NCBI RefSeq assembly: GCF_036365525.1
Contig: NW_027140221.1
Location: 5,146,001-5,210,000 of the forward strand
Reading direction: 5' to 3'
Source: Heterodontus francisci
Lineage: Eukaryota
Length of the DNA stretch: 64,000 nucleotides
This document shows, in pieces, positions 50,265 through 61,639 of this stretch. Position numbers and translations under genes: made by a program. The notes beneath the pieces were generated by a model. That model made no database searches. It had not been told where the DNA came from and was given only the letters and a program-made list of their open reading frames with translations. Positions within the stretch are counted from its first letter, which is position 1. Each line of letters begins with the position of its first letter.

Positions 50265-51240
50265 ATCTCACAAAATCCCTAAACCTAACCGAACTAGAAT
50301 CCAAAAGCTATTCTAGCAATATCCCTAACCTTAACACTAACCCGAACAGCAATCCTAAACTAAACAATAAATTTAAACCATTCTCAAACCCCAACTGTAG
50401 TACTAACCCTAACCCTAACCCTAAACCTATGTGTATCTATAAACTTAACTGCAAACCTAACAATAAGACTAACGTTAAATCCTATCACTAACCCTAAACT
50501 TAACTTGAACCCTATCAGTGATGCAAACTCGATTGCTAAACTAAACCTAACAGTAATCCTACCCAAAGCCCTAAATGTAAATGCAACCCAAACTTAGTTT
50601 AAGCCTCAGCTTAAATATAGCCCTGACACAAACCCTAAACCTATCGCAAATCATAACACTAAACTTATTTTTCCTAAACTAGCCCTAGATTCAAACCTGA
50701 CGTGAACTATCACCCTAAATATAAGTGTAAGCCTAATCCCTAAACCAAACTGTAACACTAACCATAAATTTCACTGTAACCCTTTCTAACCCTAACCTAA
50801 CTCTAAAATTATTATATATCCTAACTGTAATACAAAGTGCAACTGTAACACTAACCAAAAGCATTAAAATCTTTAACCATCACTCAAAGCCAAAATGTAA
50901 TATCAACACGAGCTGTGACCAGAACACTAAACCAATCTAGAAAGCTAAATCTAAACTTAACATTAAAACTAGCCCTAACACTAAACATAACACGAACCAT
51001 AACTGCATCCCTCAGCCAATCCCCCCCAAAAAAACTAATACAGCCCCAAAACTAGTCCGTGCACTAACTGTTACCTTCGCCTTAAACCTAACCCTAAATC
51101 TAACTGGAGCATTAGCACTAGCCCTACCACAAAGCCTTTTTGCAAACATAATTCCAACTGTAATCTTAGCCTTCACCCTAACTGTAACCCTAACCCTGAC
51201 CCTAACTGTACTCCTAAACCAAATGCCAACCCTAAATTGC
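50265..51240 (+). repeat. Degenerate telomere-like (CCCTAA)n tract
   Basis: 6-bp periodicity with perfect runs, e.g. TAACCCTAACCCTAACCCTAA near 50404. Preceded by a CT/CTGT microsatellite at ~50170-50260. Confidence 0.8.
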
Positions 51241-51268
51241 AGTTTTATCTTTTCATTTTTTTCTGCAG

Positions 51269-51481
51269 ATTGTAACAGGTTCGATGCAGCTTGATTAAAT
51301 TTAGATCACAATATCACTTTAGAAACTGAGAGCAGTGTTATTAGGTAACTTCTCTAAAACTTGCTGATCTAAAACATTTACTGGGTGATCTTACTTTAAA
51401 AACTGCTGCGTAAACCAGGCAACGGAATCAAACTGGAGTGCCACAGTGCTACGATTGGGCATTGAGAGTTCTACAAAAATA
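51269..51481 (+). pseudogene. Possible decayed V segment ending in a 23-type RSS
   Basis: Strong polypyrimidine acceptor (AG at 51267-51268), TLKT (51393-51404), WS (51434-51439), CACAGTG (51442-51448), then TACAAAAAT after 23 nt or ACAAAAATA after 24 nt. Confidence 0.45.
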
Positions 51482-52074
51482 AACTTCCCAGCTGTCACAA
51501 ATTAGCTAACTGCTGTAAAGTCTGGAAACGTCTCTTACATTATGTATATAACCTCAGGTTCCACTGAGCATCAATAGGGGTAATCCATACCAAAAGAGGA
51601 CAATAACCAATGTCAATGGGCACATCCACATCTGGAGGAATACCAGAAAACGAGTACAAGAACTGGCTCTCCAAAATGTCTGGCAGTGTTGTGCAGCAGT
51701 GTTTCGACCTTACTTATCAGCCGTGCAGAAAGAAGTACCTAAAACAGCCACCAAGCCGACCATTCGTTGGTGTGACTGTATGTATACCATCCATTAAAAA
51801 AATGCTTTCCGCTGCAACCTTCCCTGTAATATGTACTTGATTCAGCCTTATACTTAGTAACGTATGGCCGTTTTGTGCTTTGCACGGTACGTTGCCTGGA
51901 ACTTGCCCTAGAAATTAGCTCTGAACTCAGTAAATATACAGGCGTTTTCCCCCTGAATCGTTGCCTGGTGTTTTTTTCACAAATAGGAGTCCAACTTTGT
52001 AAGCCATATAGGTGGCTTGCAAATAAAAGTCTAATGTTTTACATATATGTCTTGCACTTCAAGATATTCAATAA

Positions 52075-54045
52075 AGAGTGCAGGAGGGCGTGCCAGGTGC
52101 AGCATCAGGCATACCTCAAAATGAGGTGTCCACTCGTGAAGCTACAAGTCAGGATTACTTGCATGCCAAACAACATGCGATAGACAGAGCTATGCGATCC
52201 CTCAAACAAATGATCAGATATAAGCTCTGCAGTCCCCCCACATCCAGTTGTGAATGGTGATGGTTAATTAAAGAGAAAACTGGATGTGTTGGCCAAGATA
52301 ATATTCCCATCCTCAATGGTGGGAGAGGCCAGGATATCAGTGCAAAAGATAAGGCTGAAGCATTTGCAACGAACTTCAGTCAGAAGTGACGAGTGCATGA
52401 TTTATCTCAGACTCCTCCTGCAGTGCCCAGCATTACAGATGTTTGTCTTCAGCAAATTCGATCACTTCCCATGATATCAAGAAACGAACTGGAAATGCTG
52501 GATACTGAAAGGTCTATGGGCCCTGACCACATTCCGGTAATGGTACTGAAGGCCTGTCCTCTAAATCTTGCCTCACACTGAGCCAAGCTGTTCCAGTACA
52601 GCTACAACACTGGCATCTACCCGGCAATGTGAGCAATTGCCCAGGAATGTCCCGTACACAAAAAGAATGAGAAATCCAACCTGGCAAATTACCACCCTCT
52701 CAGTCTACTGCCGATCGCCAGTGAAGTGATAGATGGTGTCATCAACAGTGCTATCAAGCGGAACTTGTTTTGCAATAACCTGCTCAATGACGCTCAGTTT
52801 GGCGTCTCCCATGGCCAATCAACCCCTGAGCTCATTACAGCCTTGATTCAAACATGGACAAAAAAGCTGAACTCAATAGGTGAGGTGAGAGTGACTGCCC
52901 TTGACATTAAGGAATCACTTGACCCAGTATAGCATCAGTGAGCCCTCGCAAAACTGGAGTCAATCGGAATCGGGGGCGGGGGGGAAACTCCACTGGTTGG
53001 AGTCATATCTGATGCAAAGGAAGAAGATGTTGTAAGTCAATTAACTCCGCTCAAAAAAAAACTGCAGGAGTTCCACAGGGTAGTGCCCTCGGCGCAGGCA
53101 TTTTTCAGCTGCTTCGTCAATCTTCTTCCTTCAATCATAAGGTCAGAAGTTGGGATGATCACGAATAATTGCACAATGTTCAGCACTATCCGTGACTCCT
53201 CAGATACTGAAGCAGTCCGTGTCGAAATGCAAAATGACCTGGATAATATTCAGGCTTGCGCTGAAAAGTGGCAATTAACATTCACGCCACAAAAGATCCA
53301 AGCAACCACAGTCTCAAACAAGAGAGAATCTAACCATCTCCCTTCGGCATTCAATGGTATTACGATCGCTGAAGCACCCACTATCAATATTCTCGGGGTT
53401 ACCATTCACCAACAATTGAACTGGAGCAGCCTTTTAAGTACTGTAGCTACAAGAGCAGGTCAGAGGCGAGGAGTACTGCAGCGAGTACCTCACCTCCTGA
53501 CACCCCAAAGCCTGTCCAGCAAATACAAGCCACACATCAGGAGTCTGATGCAACAGTCCCCACTTGACTGGACGAATGTAGCTCCAAAACAGTCAAGAAG
53601 CTCAACGTTATCCAAAAAAAAAACAGCCTGCTTGATTAGCAACCCATTCATACACACCTACAACCTCCAACACTGTGCCAGCTGTGTGCACCTTCTACAA
53701 GATGCACTGCAGCTTGCACCAAGGTTCCTTATGCAGCAACTTCCAAACCCGTGCACACTACCACCTAGAAGGACAAGGGCAGCAGATGCAGGGGAACACC
53801 ACCACCTGCAAGTTCCCCTCAAGCCACGCATCATCCTGACTTGTAACTGTATCACTGTTGCTTCTGCTGTGGCTGTGTCAAAATCCTGGAACTCCTTTCC
53901 TAACAGCACTCTGGCTGTACCTACACCACATGGACTGCAGCCGTTCACGTGGGCGGCCCACCATCACCTTCTCAAGGGCAATTAGGGATAGGCAATAAAT
54001 GCTGGCCTTGTCAGTGACGCTCACATCCCATGAATGAATAAAAGA
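52075..54045 (+). mobile_element. CR1-group LINE family B, 5'-truncated, best-preserved copy
   Basis: SMGPDHIP, VRVTALDIK, GVPQGS. 3' end CAAGGGCAATTAGGGATAGGCAATAAATGCTGGCCTTG...CCCATGAATGAATAAAA. Confidence 0.9.
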
Positions 54046-54089
54046 AGTAACGTCTGAGATCTGGCTTGCACCATGTGGCGTTTTCACAA

Positions 54090-54400
54090 ACCAAAATATA
54101 GTACCAAATATAAGCCTAACCATAACCCTAACTTTATGACTATATATAACACTGTCGCTAACCTTAATCCTAAATGTAATACTAACCCAATTCCGAACTC
54201 AAACTTCAGGCTTAAATCTAATCCTAACCCTAACTTTATGTCTCACACTAACACTTTCAGTCACCCTACATCTAACACGAGCCATAACCATAAACATGGC
54301 AGTAAACATAGCGCGAAACGTAACAGTAACCTTAGCCTATCTGTATCGCTAGCTTCAGCCTTAACGCCAATCCAAAATCTAAACGTCGTCCATAACATTA
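54090..54400 (+). repeat. Degenerate telomere-like (CCCTAA)n tract
   Basis: CCTAACCATAACCCTAAC and CTAATCCTAACCCTAAC motifs, on the same strand as 50265-51240. Confidence 0.7.
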
Positions 54401-55370
54401 GCTAAGCTGTACCAATACAGCAGCTACACTGAAAACTACCTAAAAATGTGCAAAATTGCCCCACTAAATCCTGTCCACAGAAAACAGGACAAATCTAATC
54501 CAGCCAATTAGATTCCCTTGGTCTACTCTCAATTATCATCAACAAGATGGAAGAAGCCAGTGATAGTGCTATTACGTGGTACCTAGACAGCCGTAACTGT
54601 CTCACCAATGTTCAGTTTGAGTTCGATTAGGGTCACTCATTCCAACCTTGGTCCGACTAGGCGTGAAAGAGTTGGATTGACTGCCCTTGAAAGCAAGGCG
54701 GCATTTGACTGAGTGCAGCATGAAGGAAGTCCAGCAACACTGAACTCAACGGGATCAGGGGAAACTCTTTATTTCTTGGAGTCATAATTAGCACAAAAGA
54801 AGATGATTGTGAATGTTGGTGGACAAATATCTAAGACACAGGATATACTCAGGGTAGTGTCCTACGTCCAACGATCTCCAGCTGCTTCACTCATTACCTT
54901 CCTTCCATTATAAAGTGTGAGATAGGGATGTTAACCTAATACTCGTACAAGGTTCAGTAGCATGCACAACTCCACACATAAAGAAGCTGCATGTGCCCAT
55001 GTGCAGCAAGCCCTGGATAACGTTCAGACGTGGACTGATAAGTGGCAGGTGGTATGCGCACCACCTCATTGCCAAGCAATGACTGTCTCCAACAAATGTT
55101 CATCCAACCATCTACACTTGACATTCACCAGCAGTACCATCGCTGAATCAACCGCTATCGACGTCCAGCGGCTTATCAGTGACCAGAAAAGTAACTGGGC
55201 CAGGCATATAAATCCTGCACCGACAAGCACAGGTTACATTGGGAATTCTGCAGCGAGTAACTCATCCCCTGGCACCACTACTGCGCCCCCCCCAACAAAA
55301 AAAGCCAGTCTACCGTTTGCAAGACATTAGACAGGAGTGTGATGGAATACTCTACATTTGCTTCAATATC
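54400..55370 (+). mobile_element. LINE family B internal RT fragment
   Basis: Colinear with ~52583-53570 (CAGGGTAGTGTCCTA, QQALDNVQTWTDKWQV). Lacks the 3' end. Confidence 0.8.
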
Positions 55371-55371
55371 C

Positions 55372-55765
55372 CCAAACCTAACCCTAAATATAAGCCTTAA
55401 CTTTACCCTTACTCTAGACCTACCCTCACACTAACTGCAGTCCTAACTGGAACCGTAGACCAAACCCAAATGTACAAGCCTTATCCTTACACTGAACCTC
55501 ACCATCACCTTAATCCAAAATGTAACCGTAAAGCAAACCGTTCCCCTTATCATCAATTTAAACATAACACGAGCTGGAACATAAGCCTAACGCTACTGTA
55601 ACTTTAAACCTAACATAGCAACAGACGCAAACCCTAACCTTAACCCTATTCCTAACCCAAACCTTAACCTTAACGATAAATGACAATTACCAAACTAACT
55701 TGAATTGAAATGACTGCGAAACCTAATCTAAAGTGAATACTCACCTCAAACTAAACACTAATCGT
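55372..55765 (+). repeat. Degenerate telomere-like (CCCTAA)n tract
   Basis: AACCCTAACCTTAACCCTATTCCTAACCC and similar motifs. Confidence 0.75.
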
Positions 55766-56249
55766 ACACCGACTCGTGAGCTACTGAACACATGTCACCC
55801 ACTGTTGGTCAGAATCCGATGGCAGTTGCCTTGCGTGAATCCTTTGCCTCCCACACAACAATGTTGTTGTGTGCATTTCTGCCTGGCACGGTCGTGTGAT
55901 GGAGCACCCCAGACGGAGTTCATGATTGAGGAACGATGAAGAGGGAAGTCAGGCGATTGGCGGGTATAGGTCAAACTGTTCTCAGCAGAATATCCAAGGT
56001 TTTTGGAGGGGGCGCAAGTCACAGAAACTGAGGTTGACGGTGTCAGTCATAGGTTGGGGTGGCTTGAGGGATAGGGGAAGTTCTAGGTCCTGACATTCTG
56101 TGGCTCAGCGACTGCCTCTTGTGCCTATTGTTTATGTTTGCACCGGGAGAGGGATGATGGAATTTTAACAGTGCCCTACCCCGTGCACCACTTCTCTTCC
56201 ACACCCACAAACAACGTCGTGAAGCTGGTTACAAACTTGACTGTCAGTT

Positions 56250-56600
56250 ACATTTTGCAAACGCAACAACTGCGATTGTCTTGTGAGGTGATATTATGCA
56301 GAATGGGCCTTTATTCCATGGGGTTTCGAAGAATGAGTGGTTATGTATTTGAAAGTATAACATTCAGTGATAACCTGACATTTCAAACGCTGAGAGATTA
56401 TATCTCCTGGCTCTGAGTCTAAAACTAGCGGCCATAGTTTGAGATTGATTTGATTTTCGGAAACTAATGGAGTTAAGGAATATTGGAAAAGGGCGGGAAT
56501 GGAGTTGAGGAAGAAGATTAGCCACGATTCTATTGAATTGTGGAACTGACTCGAGGGGCCGAATGGCCTATTCCAGCTCATGTTTCTGATATTATCATGT
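56250..56600 (+). mobile_element. Decayed CR1 3' end
   Basis: LCRMGLYSMGFRRMSG and the tail CTCGAGGGGCCGAATGGCCTATTCC. Confidence 0.75.
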
Positions 56601-56647
56601 TAATTTGCACGTACATTTCACCTTCAATGTAGTAAAACGTCTTGTCC

Positions 56648-56650
<3 letters not shown>

Positions 56651-56685
<35 letters not shown>
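56651..56685. repeat. (AG)n microsatellite
   Basis: Perfect dinucleotide run. Confidence 0.95.
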
Positions 56686-56687
<2 letters not shown>

Positions 56688-57129
56688 TCCTCCAGTCCTC
56701 TGGTACCTGTAATGTGACCAGCGAGATTTGAACATTTGAATCAGAGCCCCTGCTATCTCCTTCCTTCCCTCACATAACAGCTTGGGATGATCTCACCATT
56801 GTTGTCGTGGTCAGGTTTGCAGATAAGAACGGCATGGAAGAGAATTTATCAAGGATAAACTGAGGTGGTGTTGCTGATCAAAAATGTTACGGAGGTGAAA
56901 TTACGCAGTATTGAAGTGCTACTTCAAGTCTGACACAGAGGTCAAATCAAAAAGGAGAAAATATCCTCTAATGTGGGTGTTGTATTGGGGAGAGCAAGGG
57001 AGGGGGAATGGGGGATGAGTAATCGTGGAAGGGGTAATGGTGGAGGGAAATGTGCTGAGGAAAGCAGCGGGGCTATAAGAAAGGGACTGGTACTGGGAAG
57101 GTGTAATGGGGAAGGAGGTGCAGAATATA

Positions 57130-58362
57130 TGCGTGTGTGTATGAGAGCGTGTGTGTGAGTGTGTTTGTCAGTGTGAGTGTGTTCAGATGTATGTAATTGT
57201 GTGCGAAGTTTTGTGTGTGTGTGCATGCGTGAGTTTGTATGTGCATCTTTCTTCCAGTAGCATGTGAGGATATGTGTTTTGGTGCATTAGTGCGATGTGA
57301 TCTGTGTGTGTGTTTAAGAGGGGTGTGTGTGTGTGCCTACCTGTGAGTAGTTGTGTGAGGGAGTTTGTGCCTGATTCTGTATGCGAATGAGCATGTATGA
57401 ATTTTTACCTGGGCGCATACATGTGTGTGAAGATTATGTATTTTGGATTGTGTGAGTGTGAGTGTGAGTTTCAGTTTGTGTGTAGTGTGTGTGTGCGTGA
57501 GGGCGTGTATATGAGTGAACAAGTGCGTGTGTGTGAATTGGTGTGTGTATGTGTGTGTCTGAGTGTGTCTTTGTGCAAGTGTCAGTGAGACTTTGAGTAT
57601 CACATTTGTATGACTTTGTGAGTGAGCGGGTGTGCATTAGTGCATGTGATTGTCTCTGTTTGTGTATGTGTGTGCGTATAATTGTATGATTGTTTGTGAT
57701 TGTGTGAGTGTTCATGCCTGTCAGTGTGTGTTTTAAGTTTGTGTGTGTGTGAGTCAGTTTGTGAGTGAGAGAGTAAGTGTGGATGTGTGTGAGTGACTGT
57801 GCGTGTTGCTGTGCCTTTATGTAATATCTTCACGAATGAGAGTCAGAGAAAGTGTATATGTATATATTTGTGAGTGAGTGTGTGACAAACGGTGTGTGTG
57901 TGTGTGTGGATGCGTGAGTGTGCATGTCTGTGTGAGTATGTGCCTGAATGAGTGATTTGGTGAATGCTTCTGCAAGTAGATGTCTGAATGAGTGAAGAGG
58001 TGTGCATCAACGTATGTGAGTGAGATTGTGTATGAGTGTGCGTGCGTAAATGTGTGAGTGTGTTTGAGTTTGGGGGAGAGTACGTCTGTATAACTGTATG
58101 GGTTGAGTCTGTTTGCATGTGTGTGTGTGCATGTGTGAGTGAGTTTCAGTTTACAAGAAAGTGAACGTGTGTTTGCGTGCGATTATGTGCATGTGACTGA
58201 GCGTGTGCATTTCTGTGAGAGTCTGTGAGTGTCTTTGTGTGTGAGTGAGAGTTGTGTTTGTGTGCGTGTGTGTGTGAGTGTGCAAAGGAGTGTGAGAAAC
58301 AGAGATTTAGTATGTGTTTGTGTGAAAGTCTTGTGAGTGTGTGTGTGTTTGCGTATGTGTGT
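57130..58362. repeat. ~1.2-kb degenerate (TG)n/(TGAG)n tract
   Basis: Continuous TG-rich low-complexity sequence. Confidence 0.95.
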
Positions 58363-58760
58363 TTCTTTTTATTCCTAGTTGGATGTATGCCCCATTGGCA
58401 AGGCCAGCATTTGTTGTTCATCCGTAATTGCGTTTTACAACTGAATGGCTGGCTAGGCCATTTCAGAGGGCAATTAAGAGTCAAGCATATTGCTGTGGGC
58501 CTGACCTCACAAGTGGGCCATACCAGGTAAGGACACCAGATTTCCTACACTGAAGGACATTAGTGAACCAAATTGTTTCTTTATGACAATCGATGATAGT
58601 TACATGGCACATTCGTGAAACGAGCTATCAATTCCAGATTGTTGTTAATTAATTGCCTTTACATTCCATCAGCTGTCATGGTGGTGCTTGATTTTGCGTC
58701 TCCAGGGCATTAGCCTAGGCCTCTCCATTACTAGTTCAATGACATTATTGCCTCTGCGGT
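58363..58760 (-). mobile_element. SINE sharing its 3' tail with LINE family B
   Basis: GGCAAGGCCAGCATTTGTTGTTCATCCGTAATTGC is antisense to the family-B 3' end, but the body is non-LINE and has a decayed tRNA-like head near 58680-58760. Confidence 0.65.
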
Positions 58761-59544
58761 GAGCCCATGACAGCAAACAGAGCACCTCGAATAACATCCC
58801 CCCTTCATTCCTAGCCCTCCCTCTCCCTCCAACACCTGGGAATGCTGGATTACGACCAGTGAGCCCGCCTCAATGACCTTCTCTCCGACCCTCCGGCACT
58901 AGGCCTGGTCCCAGACCTCCTGTAGAACTGACAGGGTCACTGCGATACTGCTGACCTGTTTGCCCATCGATTCGCTAGCAGCACTTGCTGGTGGGATCAC
59001 CGTCTTTCACGGGACTTAAGTGCCTGAGTGCCAGAAAACCGTGTGGAAGAACCTCCAAAAGACAGGCATCTTTCAGCATGGCATATGGAGACCCGCCGTT
59101 GTGACAAAATTCAGGTCTAGTTAATCATGTGAGAGTGAATTTTAATGGCAGGTTCATAACTGGGCGCCATTCCTGTTTCTCACGTGGATGGCTGTCCCAT
59201 TGTAATCACGAGGTGGGCAGCCAATTATAATAATGGATGTGCAGGAGTTCCACTCTCCAATCGTACTGTGGGCAGAGCAGTGAGACGTCAAATACGTTAA
59301 AGACGTCAGATGAATCCTTAGAAGGTTTTTGGCATAATAAAAGGCCAGCCAACCCTGCATTCGCTCTTGCCTGTTTTTGAAAGAGTGCCTTCCAGAATGG
59401 TCTTTGCTGCATCAAGACGCACTGATGCGTTTGCTGTCCTCGAAACACTTCTGATGCCTCTGCTGCCCTAGTACTCCTTCTGATGCCTCTGCTGCCCCTG
59501 GACCCATTAGTTGCTTCTGCCACCTGATAGGCAAGTAGATAAAT

Positions 59545-60660
59545 CCAAGGCCGCAGCGACCAAGGCTGAAGGGAACAACATGCCTCCATCGAGTTCTGCA
59601 CCAAACAGCAAAGACAATGCAGGACGTCCTGTTCCACAGTGATGGCAAGAAAAAGTCCTCTCCCCTATCCAGTCAAGCTTGGATGGAAATCACAGACGGC
59701 AGCTGTGGGGTCTCGCAATGAAGATGGATACAGCGCAGCAAGGGGGTAAACGACCTCCTTCGTTCTGACAAGGTGGTTTCACTTTCCCTCTCTCCTTCTT
59801 TGGGTGTACATGTTGGTCCGCTGGCGAAGTGGGTCACAGGCGCCACAGAAACAATGGCAAAAAGGGACAAGCATCACCTCTTCCTGACAGATGTGTTGCT
59901 TCATATCAGCTACAGACCACCCTCTTTCACAGCTCACCCCCAATAAACAGCCATGAGAGTTGATGGGTGGATGATCTATGGAAGAAACCCCAGTAGGGCT
60001 CGAGGGGGCGCCACTATAAATACTATCATGTTGGTCTCATTGTGAATTATGGTTATCTCCCACTTTCCACTTTCAGGAAATATTGGTCCATGACATCAGG
60101 TAGCAATTATGGACTGGTGGAAGCATCCCAGACATCGGCCCTTTCTCCATGACTGATGAAGAGGCAGCAGAATTATCAGGGGCAAAAGGTGGTCGTTCAT
60201 CAGAAGATGGTGAGTCATGCATTTCATGAGAGAGTGAGGAACATCTTCCATTAGCATTTAGATCATTTTTGTAGACCCCCGTCACGCATACATAGCATGA
60301 CGAGATCTGCTCATCCTAACCCACAGATATGTGTGTTCTTCCATGCGGGTCTGCGTTCACAGGAGTCGCTCGTCTAAGGGGGGCAGAATTCCACCACTTA
60401 TGTGGAGCCGCAATCAGAGTATGCACCGTCTCATGACTGTCCTGCGCCTCTCATTTGCGCAGAGACTTTCTCCGTGGTGGTTTCCGCTTGGCTTCAGAAT
60501 CAGGGTCACAAATTGATGGGAGCACCACACCAGATGCACCCAAGCAGGTCACTGAGGCTGAGAAAGCCGAGGACTCTGACAGACGGAGGACTGTGGATGA
60601 TCAGGTCCATGCTGATGACGAGTCACTGGTGTTAACAGCACATAGTAAGCTGGAGTTGCA
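59545..60660 (+). mobile_element. Decayed Harbinger Myb/SANT-like gene (exon remnants)
   Basis: DVLFHSDGKKKSSPLSSQAWMEI...WIQRSKGVNDLLRSDK followed by a GT donor at ~59773. The next exon from ~60077 has TGGSIPDIGPFS...EEAAEL (TGGG-P-like). Confidence 0.7.
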
Positions 60661-60686
60661 GCAGCAGTCATAATCTTATAAAGAAA

Positions 60687-60688
<2 letters not shown>

Positions 60689-60722
<34 letters not shown>
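60689..60722. repeat. (CA)n microsatellite
   Basis: Perfect dinucleotide run. Confidence 0.95.
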
Positions 60723-60723
<1 letters not shown>

Positions 60724-61149
60724 GCACTTGGGGTTTTTGGTAGCCAGCTAGGTCTTTTCTTCAAGCCATCAATATTCATTGTGTACAAGTAATTATTCTA
60801 TAATGCCTTAGTTGTGAGCTGCCAATTTCCATCTTTCCCCTGAGTGGAATGCCAATGTAAGCACAGCCCTCATTTGAGTATGATCTGTAATGGGCAGTCG
60901 CTTGTTTCAGCTCATGCTAGACATGAAAAACAAATGGAAAGGAGGCGACAGATTACATGCTTTAAGGTTTTTAGTTATTGTTTTCTCTGCGAAGAAACTT
61001 CATGGTACCTGGAATCATGTTAGTAACAGATTGTCTCCAGCTTCTTTATCACATCAATCAATGTGCCTGGCCTCCTGTGCAAGGGGTTCTACATTCAGTG
61101 CTGCGTGTTCGCCACCCTCCTCTTCAATGGTGGAGTGGCGTTTCTTCAT

Positions 61150-61632
61150 GTAGTAGCCCTGCAAGCCTTCCCCCTTCTGCAGTGTTACATTGTGCAGAGC
61201 ACATCAGACACATATGACACTCGTAGGGTCATACTGCATTGATGGATGAAGCAATGGAATCTCATCTTCTACAATCCAATGGACTAGTCGATGATCACTC
61301 GGCTTGAGCCGTGACACGCATTGTAGCTCTCCTCTGCTGCAGTGCGAAACTTCGTTGCAGGGGTCAGGAGACATGTATTAAATGGGTAGACGGTGTCAAT
61401 GAGATTCCATGCCTGAAGTCGAGCGGAGGACCAGAAAAGCTGTCTCAACTGGGACTGAGAAAGTAGCAGTCCCCGTAACTACTTACAGAGAAGCGGACAC
61501 ACAACTGAATCAAACGCTTTTGGTGGTCGCAGACCAGTTGATCGTGGATCGAATGGAAGCTCTTCCTTTCGATCAGGGCAGCTGATCCGTTGGCACCTTG
61601 ATGGCCACATGTGAACAATCTGTCACCTTATT
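61150..61632 (-). mobile_element. Decayed Harbinger/PIF (HARBI1-like DDE) transposase, C-terminal half
   Basis: Minus strand reads TDCSHVAIKVP...RKSFHSIHDQLVCDH...LLTP...AEESYNACHGSSRVIID*SIGL*KMRF...LHNV. Truncated where the CR1 starts at ~61640. Confidence 0.8.
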
Positions 61633-61639
61633 GAATACA

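Noticed and set aside
50180-54405. Asn/Pro-rich ORFs (50180-50491, 54073-54405)
   Set aside because: These are translations of the CCCTAA-like repeats.
56942-58530. His/Thr-rich and Cys/Val-rich ORFs
   Set aside because: These are translations of the degenerate (TG)n tract.
7065-59641. Other CACAGTG/CACTGTG heptamers (~7066, 11823, 13137, 14887, 14979, 24775, 29594, 39806, 47509, 53671, 59635)
   Set aside because: They lie inside LINE, copia, Penelope, Harbinger or GPCR sequence and lack correctly spaced nonamers.
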